Sequence record: MN781580
DNA length: 64,000 nt
Source of the DNA: Shigella phage KRT47
Strand: one strand, 5' to 3'
The notes under the pieces are model-generated. The model saw only the letters and a program-made list of their open reading frames with translations. It was not told where the DNA came from and searched no databases. Numbering within the stretch: position 1 is the stretch's first letter; the number at the start of each line of letters is the position of its first letter. The translations under genes were made by a program, and so were the position numbers. Positions 63,792 through 64,000 of the stretch are shown here, piece by piece.

Positions 63792-64000
63792 TTATGTTTT
63801 GCGACTAAATTGTTCATAGTGCTGAATTACCTCTCTCAAACATTTGCATGTGAATGAAAACTTTTTAGCTACACCACATTCAAATATGTGTTCTCTTAAA
63901 TCACGTGTATCAATATATCCCATCTCAACAATAAAATGCCGTATTAGATTTTTATCTTTATCATTGAGAGAATTAAAATAGTCAGATTTTGAATTAATTT
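63792..64000 (-). CDS. hypothetical protein, C-terminal 69 codons; 5' end beyond window
   Basis: Minus-strand frame open from window end to TAA at 63792-63794; ends ...HIFECGVAKKFSFTCKCLREVIQHYEQFSRKT. Confidence 0.4.
   Translation of the reverse strand, partial: INSKSDYFNSLNDKDKNLIRHFIVEMGYIDTRDLREHIFECGVAKKFSFTCKCLREVIQHYEQFSRKT

Noticed and set aside
63706-63822. 39-aa basic minus-strand ORF (MNNLVAKHNF...)
   Set aside because: Overlaps the 3' end of the terminal partial ORF in another frame and lacks an SD; probably spurious.

Overview
This window is a segment of a T-even (T4-like, Tequatrovirus-type) myovirus genome, and almost all of it is canonical phage content in T4 gene order. Gene identities rest on my recall of T4 protein sequences, ORF lengths and synteny; no database search was run. 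Plus-strand late genes run 18 (tail sheath, 5' end outside window), 19, 20, 67, 68, 21, 22, 23, 24. Then come rnlB, hoc and inh (minus), uvsW and uvsW.1 (plus), uvsY, 25 and 26 (minus), and baseplate hub genes 51, 27, 28, 29, 48, 54 (plus). A long minus-strand early/middle block follows: two tandem Alt-family ADP-ribosyltransferases, DNA ligase 30, a 30.x ORF cluster, rIII, 31, cd, pseT, a spanin pair, alc, rnlA, denA, nrdB, nrdA, td, frd, 32, 59, 33, dsbA, rnh. The window ends with long-tail-fibre genes 34-38, holin t, asiA and an arn-like ORF. Regulatory signals are T4-typical: TATAAATA late promoters, GTTTAC-type early promoters, MotA-box middle promoters and many GC hairpins with UUCG or GNRA loops. 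I found no rRNA, tRNA, CRISPR array, integrase or transposase. I did not find a clearly novel multi-gene system. The features most worth a second look are an HNH endonuclease insertion between genes 18 and 19, the tandem Alt paralogs with a nearby NADAR-like ORF, a 54-bp perfect repeat upstream of two early genes, a tandem Ig-domain duplication in hoc, and uncharacterised small ORFs flanked by stem-loop plus early-promoter cassettes. td and nrdB are uninterrupted, so the phage is T4-like but not T4 itself.
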